Notes: generated from the letters alone by a model not told the origin. A stretch of DNA of 64,000 nt from the human T2T-CHM13v2.0 reference genome, Homo sapiens (GCF_009914755.1 NC_060947.1); one strand, 5' to 3'. Positions 13,635 through 30,936 are shown, counted from the first letter of the stretch. Made by a program: numbers and translations.

Positions 13635-14280
13635 GATGTTAGCAGACCCATCTTAGAGTTCTTGTTTCTTTCTTAAGCCCTTTGCTCTGGAGGAAGTTCT
13701 CCAGCTTCAGCTCAACTCACAGCTTCTCCAAGCATCACCCTGGGAGTGTCCTGAGAGTTTTCTCATAAATGAGGGCTGCACGTTGCCTGTTCTGCTTCAA
13801 AGTATTTACTACGGCTCAGTATTTTAAATGAAGTGATTCTAACTTGTGATTTCGTTTGGGATCAATAGGAAAGCATATGCAGCCAACCAAGATGCAAATG
13901 TTTTGAAATGATATGACTAAAATTTTAAGTAGGAAAGTCACCCAAACACTTCTGCTTTCACTTAAGTGTCTGGCCCGCAATACTGTAGGAACAAGCATGA
14001 CCTTGTTACTGTGAGATTTAAAATATCCACAGTATTCACTTTTTCCAAATGATCCTAGTAATTGCCTAGAAATATCTTTCTCTTACCTGTTATTTATCAA
14101 TTTTTCCCAATATTTTTATACGGAAAAAATTGTATTGAGAACACTTAGTATGCAGTTGATAAGAGGAATTTGGTATAATTATGGTGGGTGATTATTTTTT
14201 ATACTGTATGTGCCAAAGCTTTACTACTGTGGAAAGACAGCTGTTTTAATAAAAGATTTACATTCCACAAAAGAAAAGAA
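13635..14280 (+). pseudogene. FN1: 5'-truncated processed retrocopy of the fibronectin 1 (FN1) 3'UTR; non-coding (gene symbol given is the parent gene)
   Basis: ~635 nt colinear with the FN1 3'UTR as I recall it (GATGTTAGCAGACCC...AAGCCCTTTGCTCTGGAGGAAGTTCTCCAGCTTCAGC...GGATCAATAGGAAAGCATATGCAGCCAACCAAGATGC...AATAAAAGATTTACATTCCAC). AATAAA at 14248-14253 is followed by an A-rich tail at 14269-14280. No FN1 stop codon or exons upstream. Confidence 0.88.
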
Positions 14281-14700
14281 TGCAACAGAATTTCCCGCTT
14301 TACTAACAGCTCTCTTACATGTTTACTGCTAATGTCTTATTTAATATACAGTGCTGCTCTTGACCAAAGAAAAGTCTGAATGACGCCAATCTAGATTCTA
14401 CATTTACTTGAAGTCTCATATCTCCCCAAATACTTGGCTCAAATTCAGCTGCCTCTTATCTTTATTTGATATCTCCACCAAATCAATTAGTACTTGATCA
14501 CCTATTTTCTGACAGATTGTATTTTAATGAATGTAAATCCTATCTCTTCATAAAGTGTGAGTTCCCTTCCTTTTTTCCTTCATGGCACATTTGTTTCAAA
14601 TGCAGGTTGTGGAGATGAAGAAAAGAGTTTTCTGTCTCACATGGCATCAAACAAATAAAATACTTTAAACACACACAGACACACATATGTGTGTGTATAT

Positions 14701-14916
14701 GTATATATCACTATATACATGTACGTATATATCACTATATACATGTACGTATATATCACTATATACATGTACGTATATATCACTATATACATGTACGTAT
14801 ATATCACTATATACATGTACGTATATATCACTATATACATGTACGTATATATCACTATATACATGTACGTATATATCACTATATACATGTACGTATATAT
14901 CACTATATACATGTAT
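14701..14916. repeat. 24-bp VNTR, 9 copies of GTATATATCACTATATACATGTAC
   Basis: Eight identical copies plus one with a terminal C>T, flanked by CA/TG/TA dinucleotide tracts. Confidence 0.97.
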
Positions 14917-15008
14917 GTATATATAGGACAGTGATTCTATTGGGGGCAATTGTAATATTAACTTCATGTGTTTCCTGTTTCTCAGGGATCACTGTCCAGC
15001 AACAACAT

Positions 15009-15011
<3 letters not shown>

Positions 15012-15044
<33 letters not shown>

Positions 15045-15105
15045 TATGTGTACATGTATATGTATGTGTGTGTATATGTACATCTATGTGTACATATCTA
15101 CACAT
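15012..15105. repeat. (TA)n microsatellite with degenerate RY tail
   Basis: Directly visible. Confidence 0.9.
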
Positions 15106-15107
15106 AT

Positions 15108-15468
15108 TGATATGTTTTGCCTCTGTGTCCCCACCCAAACCTTATCTTGTAGCTCCCATAACTCCCACATGTTGTGAGAGGGACCCAGTGGGACATGATT
15201 GAATCATGGGGTGAGTGTTTCCCAGGCTGTTCTCATGATAGTGAATGGGTCTCATGAGATCCAATGGATTTAAAAACAGGAGTTTCTCTGCACAAGTTCT
15301 CTCTTGGCCCACTGCCATCCATATAAGACGTGACCTGTTCTTCCTTGCCTTTCACCATGATTGTGAGGCTTCCCCAACCATGTGGAACTGTAAGTCCAAT
15401 TAAACCTCTTTCTTTTGTAAATTGCCCAGTCTTGGGTATGTCTTTATCAGCAGCACAAAAACATACCC
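15108..15468 (+). mobile_element. THE1 (THE1C-like) solo MaLR LTR
   Basis: Starts tgatatg...tgtgtccccacccaaa; contains tgattgtgaggcttccccaaccatgtggaactgtaagtccaattaaacctc and tctttatcagcagc. Confidence 0.88.
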
Positions 15469-15614
15469 ATATGCATAAATATATTTGATGTTTCTTCCCA
15501 GCACTGGCAAGACAATGATGTATGGAATTTGCTACTTTCATTCAATAAAATAGTTTACCTTAATGATTTTTTTAACTCGAAAACTATAAAGTTATTTTAA
15601 AAATTTCAGTCACT

Positions 15615-16643
15615 GGGGGGGCGGTTCCAAGATGGCCGAATAAGAACAACTCCAGTCTACAGCTCCCAGCATGAGCAATGCAGAAGATGGGTGATTTCTG
15701 CATTTCCAACTGAGGTATTGGGTTCATCTCACTGGGACTTGTTGGACAGTGGGTGCAGGACTGTGGGTGCAGTCCACCGAGCAAGAGCCAAAGCAGAGCA
15801 AGGCATTACCTCACCCGGGAAGTGCAAGGGGTCAGGGAATTCCCATTCCCAGCCAAAGAAAGCTATGACAGATGGCACCTGGAAAATTGGGTCACTCCCA
15901 ACCTAATACTGAGCTTTTCCAAGGGTCTTAGCAAACGGCACACCAGGAGATTATATCCCGCACCTGGCTCAGAGGGTCCCATGCCCACGGAGCATCGCTC
16001 ATTGCTAGCACAGCAGTCTGAGATCAAACTGCAATGCAGCAGCGAGGCTGGGGGAGGGGCGCCTGCCATTGCCGAGGCTTGAGTAGGTAAACAAAGCAGC
16101 CAGGAAGCTAGAAATGGGTGGAGCCCACCACAGCTCAAGGAGGTCTGCCTGCCTCTGTAGACTCCACCTCTGGGGGCAGGGCATAGCCAAACAAAAGGCA
16201 GCAGAAACCTCTGCAAACTTAAATGTCCCTGTCTGACAGCTTGGAAGAGAGTAGTGGTCCCCCAGCATGGAGTTTGAGATCTGAGAACAGACAGACTGCC
16301 TCCTCAAGTGGGTCCCTGACCCCTGAGTAGCCTAACTGTGAGGCACCCCTCAGTAGGGGCAGACAGAAACCTCACATGGCCAGGTGCCCCTCTGAGAAGA
16401 AGCTTCCAGAGGAATGATCAGGCAGAAACATTTGCTGTTCAGCAATATTTGCTGTTCTGCAGCCTCTGCTGCTGATACCCAGGAAAACAAGATCTGGAGT
16501 GGACCTCCAGCAAACTCCAACAGACCTGCAGTTGAGAGTCCTGACTGTTAGAAGGAAAACTAACAAACAGAAAGGACATCCACACCAAAACACCATCTGT
16601 ACGTCACCATCATCAAAGACGAAAGGTAGATAAAACCACAAAG
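15615..16643 (+). promoter_or_regulatory. L1 5'UTR: sense internal promoter (YY1 site CAAGATGGCCG at 15628-15638) and antisense promoter region
   Basis: Canonical L1PA 5'UTR layout. Retains the ~129-bp segment (~16387-16515) deleted in the youngest L1PA lineages. Many CpGs have decayed. Confidence 0.8.
15863..16069 (-). CDS. L1 antisense ORF0, 68 aa (MAGAPPPASLLHCSLISDCCASNER...FSRCHLS)
   Basis: ATG at 16069-16067. Translation matches primate L1 ORF0 and is uninterrupted until a slightly premature stop. Expression is unknown. Confidence 0.75.
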   Translation of the reverse strand: MAGAPPPASLLHCSLISDCCASNERCSVGMGPSEPGAGYNLLVCRLLRPLEKLSIRLGVTQFSRCHLS

Positions 16644-17658
16644 ATGGGGAAAAAACAGAGCAGAAAAGCTGAAAATTCTAAAAATCAGAGCGCCTCTCCC
16701 CCTCCAAAGGAACACAGCTCCTTACCAGCAATGGAACAAAACTGGATGGAGAATGACTTTGACGAGTTGACAGAAGAAGGCTTCAGACGATCAAACTATT
16801 CTGACCTAAAGGAGGAAGTTCGAACCCATCGCAAAGAAGATAAAAGCTTTGAAAAAAGATTAGATGAATGGCTAACTAGAAGAACCAGTGTAGAGAAGTC
16901 CTTAAATGACTTGATGGAGCTGAAAACCATGGCATGAGAACTATGTGACACATGCACAAGCATCAATAGCCAATTCAATCAACAGGAAGAAAGGGTAACA
17001 GTGATTGAAGATCAAATGAATGAAATGAAGCGAGAAGAGAAGTTTAGAGAAAAAAGAGTAAAAAGAAATGAAGAAAGCCTCCAAGAAATATGGGACTATG
17101 TGAAAAGACCAAATCTACATCTGATTGGTGTACCTGAAAGTGACAGGGAGGATGGAACAAAGTTGGAAAACACTCTGCAGGATATTGTCCAGGAGAACTT
17201 CCCCAACATAGCAAGGCAGGCCACATTCAAATTCAGGAAATACAGAGAATGCCACAAAGATATTCCTCAAGAACAACAACTCCAAGACACATAATTATCA
17301 GATTCACCAAAGTTGAAATGAAGGAAAAATGTTAAGGGCAGCCAGAGAGAAAGGTCGGGTTACCCACAAAGGGAAGCCCATCAGACTAACAGCGGATCTC
17401 TTGGCAGAAACTCTACAAGCCAGAAGAGAGTGGGGACCAAAATTCAACATTTTTAAAGAAAAGAATTTTCAACCCAGAATTTCGTATCCAGCCAAACTAA
17501 GCTTCATAAGTGAAGGAGAAATGAAATCCTTTACAGACAAGCAAATGCTGAAAGATTTTGTCACCACCAGGTCTGCCCTAAAAGAGCTCCTGAGGGAAGC
17601 ACTAAACATGGAAAGGAACAACCGGTAACATCCACTGCAATAACATGCCAAACTCTAA
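16644..17658 (+). pseudogene. L1 ORF1p, disrupted
   Basis: MGKKQSRKAENSKNQSASPPPKE... with a stop at 16935-16937 and frameshifts; split over three ORFs in the track. Confidence 0.93.
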
Positions 17659-17721
17659 AGACCATCAATGCTAGGAAGAAACTGCATCAACTAATGAGCA
17701 AAATAACCAGCTAACATCACA

Positions 17722-23338
<5,617 letters not shown>

Positions 23339-24067
23339 ACAATGAGAACCCTTGGACACAGGAAGGGGAACATCACACACTGGGGCCTGTTGTTGGGTGC
23401 GGGAAGCGGGGAGGGATAGCATTAGGAGATATACCTAATGTAAATGACGAGTTATTGGGTGCAGCGCACCAACATGGCACATGTATACATATGTATCAAA
23501 CCTGCATGCTGTGCACATGTACCCCAGAACTTAAAGTATAATAAAAAAAATTCAGTCACTAAGAAATACCAAACTTATCCATTTTACAAAAAAATTCTTC
23601 CTCGTGACTATTTACAAATTAAAATAATTAATAATAGGTTAGATGGTTTGAACACCTTTTAAATAATTATTTAAAAAAAGAAGCAGAAAGTATGAAGCCT
23701 GCAGAATTCTGGAGTTTTGGAGTCCCATGAGCCTTTTAACAAGTTAACCATCATCATTAATTCTGCACATGTCATAAATAATAAAAAAAATGCTGAGTTG
23801 ATTACTGGGCAAGTTGTTTCTTCACTGAATTGGCTTACTATAAATTTGTCTTATGCAAATTGATCCAGAACATTATCATCATCCTCTGTTGATGCTTTGC
23901 ATTTTACTGACTCTTTATTTATTAAAAATAAAATTGTGTATTAAGTGCAGTAAAAATTGACATTCATGACATCTTTAAGTGGAGTTAATTGGCTTGCTTC
24001 TGCCTGCAAGATGACTTTTTTTCAGATTTGTGCTAAAGCACCAAGAAGACAATTTTTTCTCCCAGAC

Positions 24068-27000
24068 ATCATTCTCCCATTCTGTAAGTTGTCTGTTTAC
24101 TCTGATGATTTCTTTTTTTGTTGCTGTGCAGAAGCTAGTTTACTTAGATCTCATTTGTCATTTTTTTGCTTTTGTTGCTATTGCTTTTGAGGTTTTCCTC
24201 ATGAAAACTTTGCCCATGCCTATGTCTTTAATGGTATTGCCTAGATTTTGTTCCAGGGTTTTTATAGTTCTGGGTTTTACAATTAAGTCCTTAATCTATC
24301 TTGAGTTGAGTTTTGCATAAGGCGTAAGGAAGCAGTCTAGTTTCTTTTCTGCATTTGGGTAGCCAGTTCTCCTAGCACCATTTATTTAATAGGAAATCCA
24401 TTCGTTATTGCTAGTTTTTGTCAGTCTTGTCAAAGATCAGATGATTGCATATGTGTGGTCTTATTTCTGAGTTATCTATTCTCTACCATTGGTCTCTGTG
24501 TCTGTTTTTGTACCAGTACCATGCTCTTTTGGTTGCTGTAGCCTTGTAGTATAGTTTGAAGTTGGGTAGCATGATGCCTCCAGCTTTGTTCATTTTGCTT
24601 AGGATTGCCTTGGCTATTTGGGCTCTTATTTGGTTCCATATGAATTTTAAAATAGTTTTTCTAATTCTCTGAAGAATGTCAATGGTAGTTTAATGGAAAT
24701 AGCATTGAATCTATAAATTACTTTGGACAGTATGGCCGTTTTTATGTTATTCAATCTTCCTATCCATGAGCATGGCCTGTTTTTCCATTTGTTTGCATCC
24801 TCTCTGATTTCCTCGAGCAGTGGTTTGCAGTTCTCCTTGAAGAGGTCCTTCACTTTCCTTGTTAGCTGTATTCCCAGGTATTTTATTCTCTTTGTAGCAA
24901 TTATGAACAGGAGTTCATTCATGATTTGGCTTCCTGTATGTCTGTTGTTGTTATATAGTAATGCTCGTGATTTAGGATTTTGTATCCTGAGACTTTGCTG
25001 AAGTTGCTTATCAGCTTAAGAAGCTTTTGGGCTGGGACAATGGACTTTTCTAGATGTAGGATTATATCATCTACAAACAAAGACAATTTGACTTTATATC
25101 TTCTTATTTGAATACCCTTTATTTCTTTAACTTGTCTTATTGCCCTGGCCAGAAATTCCAATGCTACATTGAATATGAGTGGTCCGAGAAGACATCCTTG
25201 TCTTGTGCCTGTTTTCCAGGGGAATACTTCTAGCTTTTACCCATTCAGTATGATATTGTCTGTGGATTTGTCATATATGACTCTCATTACTTTGAGGTAT
25301 ATTCTTTAATACATATTTCATTGAGAGTTTTTAACATGAAGAGATGTTGAATTTTATTGAAGGCCTTTTCCACCTCTGTTGAGATAATCATGTGGTTTTT
25401 GTCTTTGGTTATGTTTATGTGATGAATTAAATTTATTGATTTGCATATGTTGAATCAACCTTGCATCTCAGGGATGAGGCCAACTTTATCATGGTGGATA
25501 AACTTTTTGATGTGCTGCTGGATTTCGTTTGCCAGCATTTTATTGAGAAATTTTGCATTGATGTTTATCAGAAATATTGGCCTAAAATTTTATTTTTTTG
25601 TTATATCTCTGCCAGGTTTTAGTATCAGGATGTTGCTGATGCTGGCCTCATAAAATTAGTTAGGGAGAATTCCCTTCTTTCAATTGTTTGGAAGAGTTTC
25701 AGTAGAAATGGTACCAGTTCCTCTTTGTACTTCTGGTAGAATTCAGCTGTAAATTCTTCTGATCTTGGGCTTTTTTGGTTTGTAGGCTATTTATCACTGC
25801 CTCAATTTCAGAACTCGTTATTGGTCTATTTAGGGATTCCATTTCCTTCTGGTTCAGTCTTGGGAGGGTGTATGCATCCAGGAATTTACTCATTTTTTCT
25901 AGATTTTCTAGTTTATGTGCATAGAGGTGTTTATAGTATTCTCTGATGGTTGTTTGCATTTCTGTGGAGTGAGTGGTGATACCCCCTTGTCATTTATGAT
26001 TGTGTCTACTTGATTCTTCTGTCTTTGCTTCTTTATTAGCCTACCTAGCGGTCTATTTTATTAATTTTTTTGAAAAACCATGATGATAGGTTATTGAGAT
26101 CTTTCTAGCTTTTCGATGTGAGCATTTAGTGTTATAACTTTCCCTCTCAACACTGCTTTAGCTGCATCCCAGATATTTTGGTGTGGTGTTCTCATTAGTT
26201 TCAAAGAAGTTCTTGATTTCTGCATTAATTTTATTATTTACCCAGGAATCATTCAGGAGCAGGTTGTTTGATTTCCATGTAGTTGTGTGGTTTGGGGTGT
26301 GTTTCTTAATATTGAGTTCTAATTTGATTGTGCTGTGATCCATGAGACTGTTTGTTATTATTTCAGTTCTTTTGTATTTGCTAAGGAGTGTTTTACTTCT
26401 AATTATGTGATCAATTTTAGAGTAAATGCCATGTGGTGATAAGAATAATTAATATTCAGTTGGTTTTGGTGAAGAGTTCTGTAAATATCTATCAGGTCCA
26501 CTTGAGACAGAGCTGAGATCAGGTCCTGAATATCTTTGTTAATTTTCTGACTCAATGGTCTGTCTAATGTTGTCAGTGTGGTGTTAAAGTCTCCCACTAT
26601 TATTATATAGGATTCTAAGTCTCTTTATAAGTCTCCAAGAACTAGCTTTATGAATCTGGGTGCTCTTGTATTGTGTGCACACATTTTTAGAAGAGTTAGC
26701 TCTTCTTGGTGAGTTAAACCCTTTACCATCATTTAATGCCCTTTTTGTCTTTTATGATCTTGGTTGGTTTAAAGTCTGTTTTGCCAGAAACTAGGATTGC
26801 AACTTCTGTTCTTTTTCTGTTTTCCATTTGCTTGGTAAATTTTCCTTCATCCCTTCAATTTGAGCCTATGTGTGTCTTTTCATTTGAGATGAGTCTCTTG
26901 AAGACAGCTCACCAATAGGACTTGACTCTGTCTCCAGTTTGCCATTCTGTGTCTTTAATTGAGGAATTTAGCCCATTTAAATTTAAGGTTAATATTGTTA

Positions 27001-27527
27001 TGTATGAATTTGATCCTGTCATCATCATGCTAGCTGGTTATTTTGCAGACTTCTTTATGTGGTTGCTTCATAGTGTCACTGCCCTGTGCACTTTAGCATG
27101 TTTTTGTAGTGGCTGGTAATGGTTTGTCATTTCCATGTTTAGTGCTTCCTTCAGGAGCTCTTGCAAGACAGGCCTGGTGGTGACAAACTCCCTCAGCATT
27201 TGCTTGTCTGAAAAGAATCCTATTTCTCCTTTGCATATCAAGCTTAGTTTAGCCAGATATGAAATTCTGGGTTGGAAATTCTTTTCTTTAAGCATGTTAA
27301 ATATTGGTCCCAGCTTCTTCTGGCTTGCAGTGTCTCTCCTGAGAAGTCCATTGTTAGTCTGATGAGCTCTCCTTTGTAGGTGACCTGGCCTTTCTCTCTG
27401 GCTGCCCTTACATTATTTTCTTTCATTTCAATCTTGGAGAATATTATGATTATGTGTCTTGGGGTTGATCTTCTTATGGAGTATCTTACTGGAGTTCTCT
27501 GGATTTTCCAAATTTGAATGTTGGCCT
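24068..27527 (-). mobile_element. Older L1PA (about PA8-PA13) internal fragment, mid-ORF1 to late ORF2, lacking both ends
   Basis: - strand ORFs match ORF1 (KNFQPRISYLAKLS) and ORF2 ([16 protein letters not shown]). Internal deletion near 26080. No 3'UTR or tail. Confidence 0.9.
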
Positions 27528-30500
27528 AGATCAAGACATTTTCAAAGAAAACTTCCAGGAGTTTTAATTTTATCTCAGGTTGCAGAGATTTTAAAAAATG
27601 GCTCTGGTTTTCTTTTTTTTTTCTTTGTATGCATATCCTTTTATTAGATTTCTACTCAAGGGATAATTAGAGAGACATGAAATTTTTATTAAAATTGGAA
27701 ACATGTTCAATAATATTTTTTTGAGGGGGAAAATTTGCATCATGAATGATTTATACAATTATCACCAATTATCACATACATGAATGTCCTATAATAGGGA
27801 TTATTAATATATTTAAAGAATTAGGTAATGATTGTTGTTTTCATGGAGAATTTGGGACAATTAAATGTGAATAATAACAATGACGTTTAGCTATAAAATG
27901 CTCTTGGATGTTCTTATAGTACTTTCATCAACTTGTAAGTATCTTGAGTAATTGTCTATGACAGTTTCCTCACAAATCTGTGAGAGTTACAAAAAATACA
28001 ATTTCAACAGAAATGTATCTGATGAATATGTATCAAACCCAAATTCATTTTCCAAAGTTCATGCTAGCTGTTTATTTCATAAACAAAAGGTCAAAAGAAA
28101 ATTATGTTTAGAATATGAGCAAGAAAAATCCCAAAGAAGGTAACAAAATTTGAATGCCCATTAATTTAGCTACAGTCTAAACAAATATCTACATTCATTT
28201 GAATAAATAAAGAATATTTTGAGGATCAAAGAACAAATATGTATGGCATGGCTTTTGAAATGTCTACCAGGATTCATCCTAATCTAAAGAAAATTATTAC
28301 CAACAACCCTTGGGCTTCCCCACATATTCTATTTAGTAGGTATTACCCAACTTCTCTGAACCTCAGTGACACACACATATACTATTGGGCTAATCTCAGT
28401 CAAGATGAGTTGGACTTATAATGGAAATGAGGTAATGTTTCAAACAGGCTTTGTGAAATACAGCATTTCATGCAAATGTAAGGTGTTATAATCAACCTGG
28501 TTTCACCAAACTTTATCCATTCCATTTATTGTGCAACTGGAATTACAAGCAAAATATATTAAATGATTGCTCTAGACTTTAATTTTGACTCTGTTACTTG
28601 GGAAATTATGACTCATTTTGTCACCAGTGATTAGGGTGCTGAAGACTATATTTGAACCAAAGAGCCTTACGTTGGGGTCAAATGAGTGAGTGTCTATGAA
28701 GTTCTAGGAGCAGCAACATTTCAAACAAAAAATCTGGATGTAACTTCATTCTGGTTCTATTAACTTATCTAAGTTGAAATAAATCGTTAAAGAAAAAGTC
28801 AAGCCAAGGGAAAAAGAGGCGAATAGAGCTTGGTCTGCAGAAAAACCTACAAAAAACACAGCTGATTAAGACCACACATGGTGTTCTTGCTGGCTGTTCT
28901 GGGAGGAAGTTCTGAAGTGTAAACGTTGCCATTACCAACCCCTGTGGCTGGCAGACCCTTTAAAGGGAAATGACCAATCACGATACCTTAGTTTGATACA
29001 ATTATCCATTAAAATATGAATATAAAGCCCTAGTTTGAAGTCAATTCTCATCAGGTGAAAAGCAATGTGAAAATAATGTTATGTTTCATACAAAAATTGT
29101 GATGCTTCACTTAGCAGTTATATTTCTTATTATAATAAATAATACATCAAATAAACATACAGAGAGAGAGACACACACATACACACCTCTGAATTTTGTA
29201 ACTATGAGTCAACCTCTAAGCCTACCCACTTAGCAAATGTCTTTTGAAGTCTGTACAAACTGAAGACAAGTCCTGGACTTAGTGACAAACAAGGCTTCCC
29301 TGAGTGACATACTAAATTATATATGGAGAATGTAGACAGAATAACATAACACAGCTACACATTTTCTTAATGCATTTACAAATAGTCAGCAGAAGATTAA
29401 CTTCAAACTCTGATGTCAGGATTTCATTTTCACTGTTTACAAATTCAACATGATTTACAATAAGATGTTTTTTTTTTTTTCTTAGAAGTTGAGTTTGACC
29501 TTTTTGAAAATAACCAATTAACTATAAGTAACATACCAGGCCAGCAACTGTTATTTTTCAATTTAAAGCTTAGGGATATCCCAGAAGATATATACACACA
29601 CACTCACGTATATATATTTGACTAATTTTGCATGGTAGACAGGCATTAAAGAGTGGGCATTGAGTTAATAAATGCCTTTTTAAATGGGAGAAATAGGGAA
29701 CAGTTACATCTGAAAAGCAAGGTATTTTACATTTTTGTGTCCCAAATTGTCTATCCTAACAGTACAAAGAGATCTGCTGTACTTGAGTAAGAAATTTATA
29801 AAGATATTAAAAACTTAGAATGCTCCATTTGAGTAAATGCAACTAATGGTCAAAATGTAAAAGGCCTGTCTTAGCATGGGGATAATATGCATCCAGAGAA
29901 GGTTGGCCTTGCTGTGAAGGATGGGAAGGTTTGCATCTATTTATTTCTCTGAAGAAGTCTGTTTATCATTGCAAAAGTCAACCATATTAAATGTTAGTAA
30001 AGAGGCAGAATGGATAAAATATTTCTTAATTGGATCCTGTTTTCACCTGTGTTACCAACTCTAAGTATTTCATTATATAAACCACATCCACCTGTTATTT
30101 AACTAGTTCTGTTTACCATTTAAAAACTAATAAGAATTAACAAAATGTGTGGGGATAATTTAATGGGATATTGATGAGGGAAAAATATTCTAGATAAATT
30201 ACTTTTTGGACCAGAATCTAAAATAAAATACAGACTCTCCTCTTTAAATTATTAATAAGGCCAAAGATGTCCTATAGGTACTTTGTAGGGTTTCTCTTGA
30301 ATGTTGTCAATATATGAACCTTATAAGGGGAACTACTGCAGTAGTCCTCATTAATAAATGAAAATGTATCACTGATATGTTTAAATTTCCTAAGGCTTGG
30401 GTATGTTTGCAGTGACTCAGATTCAATCAATAGTTTAACGTACTGGCAGTTCTTATGCTTACAGTATAAAAGCTCCAGGTAACTGCTACTTATCCTTTCA

Positions 30501-30617
30501 TACCGTAGCTATTAGCCATTCAGTCATTATTACATCAAATTTACATGAATATTTTAGTGTGATGCAAATTATTTTAGATTTAAATTTAAAATTGCTCAAT
30601 ATCGGTACCAAATGATA

Positions 30618-30936
30618 TCTTTTAGTAATTATTATTATACTTTAAGTTCTGGGATACATGTGCAGAATGTGCAGGTTTGTTACATAGGTATACACGTTCC
30701 ATGATGGTTTGCTGCACCCATCAATCCGTCATCTACATTAGGTATTTCTGCTAATGCTATCCCTCCCCTAGCCCCCCAACCCCCAACAGGCCCCAGTGTA
30801 TGATGTTCCCCTCCCTGTGTCCATGTGTTCTCATTGTTCAACTCCCACTTATGAGTGAGAACATGCGATGTTTGGTTTTCTGTTCCTGTGTTAGTTTGCT
30901 GAGAATGATGGTTTCCAGCTTCATCCATGTCCTTGT
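30618..30936 (-). mobile_element. 5'-truncated L1PA7-like 3' end
   Basis: ttatactttaagttctgggatacatgtgcagaatgtgcaggtttgttacataggt...; candidate TSD ccaaatgata at 30608-30617 and 30937-30946. Confidence 0.9.

Noticed and set aside
13635-14280. The real FN1 last exon
   Set aside because: Similarity starts abruptly inside the UTR, there is no stop codon or upstream exon, it ends in an A-rich tail, and the surroundings are gene-poor L1-rich DNA.
14637-15011. Repetitive ORFs and the CRISPR-like look of the 24-bp array
   Set aside because: Units are head-to-tail with no unique spacers, there are no cas genes, and the context is primate DNA. It is a VNTR.
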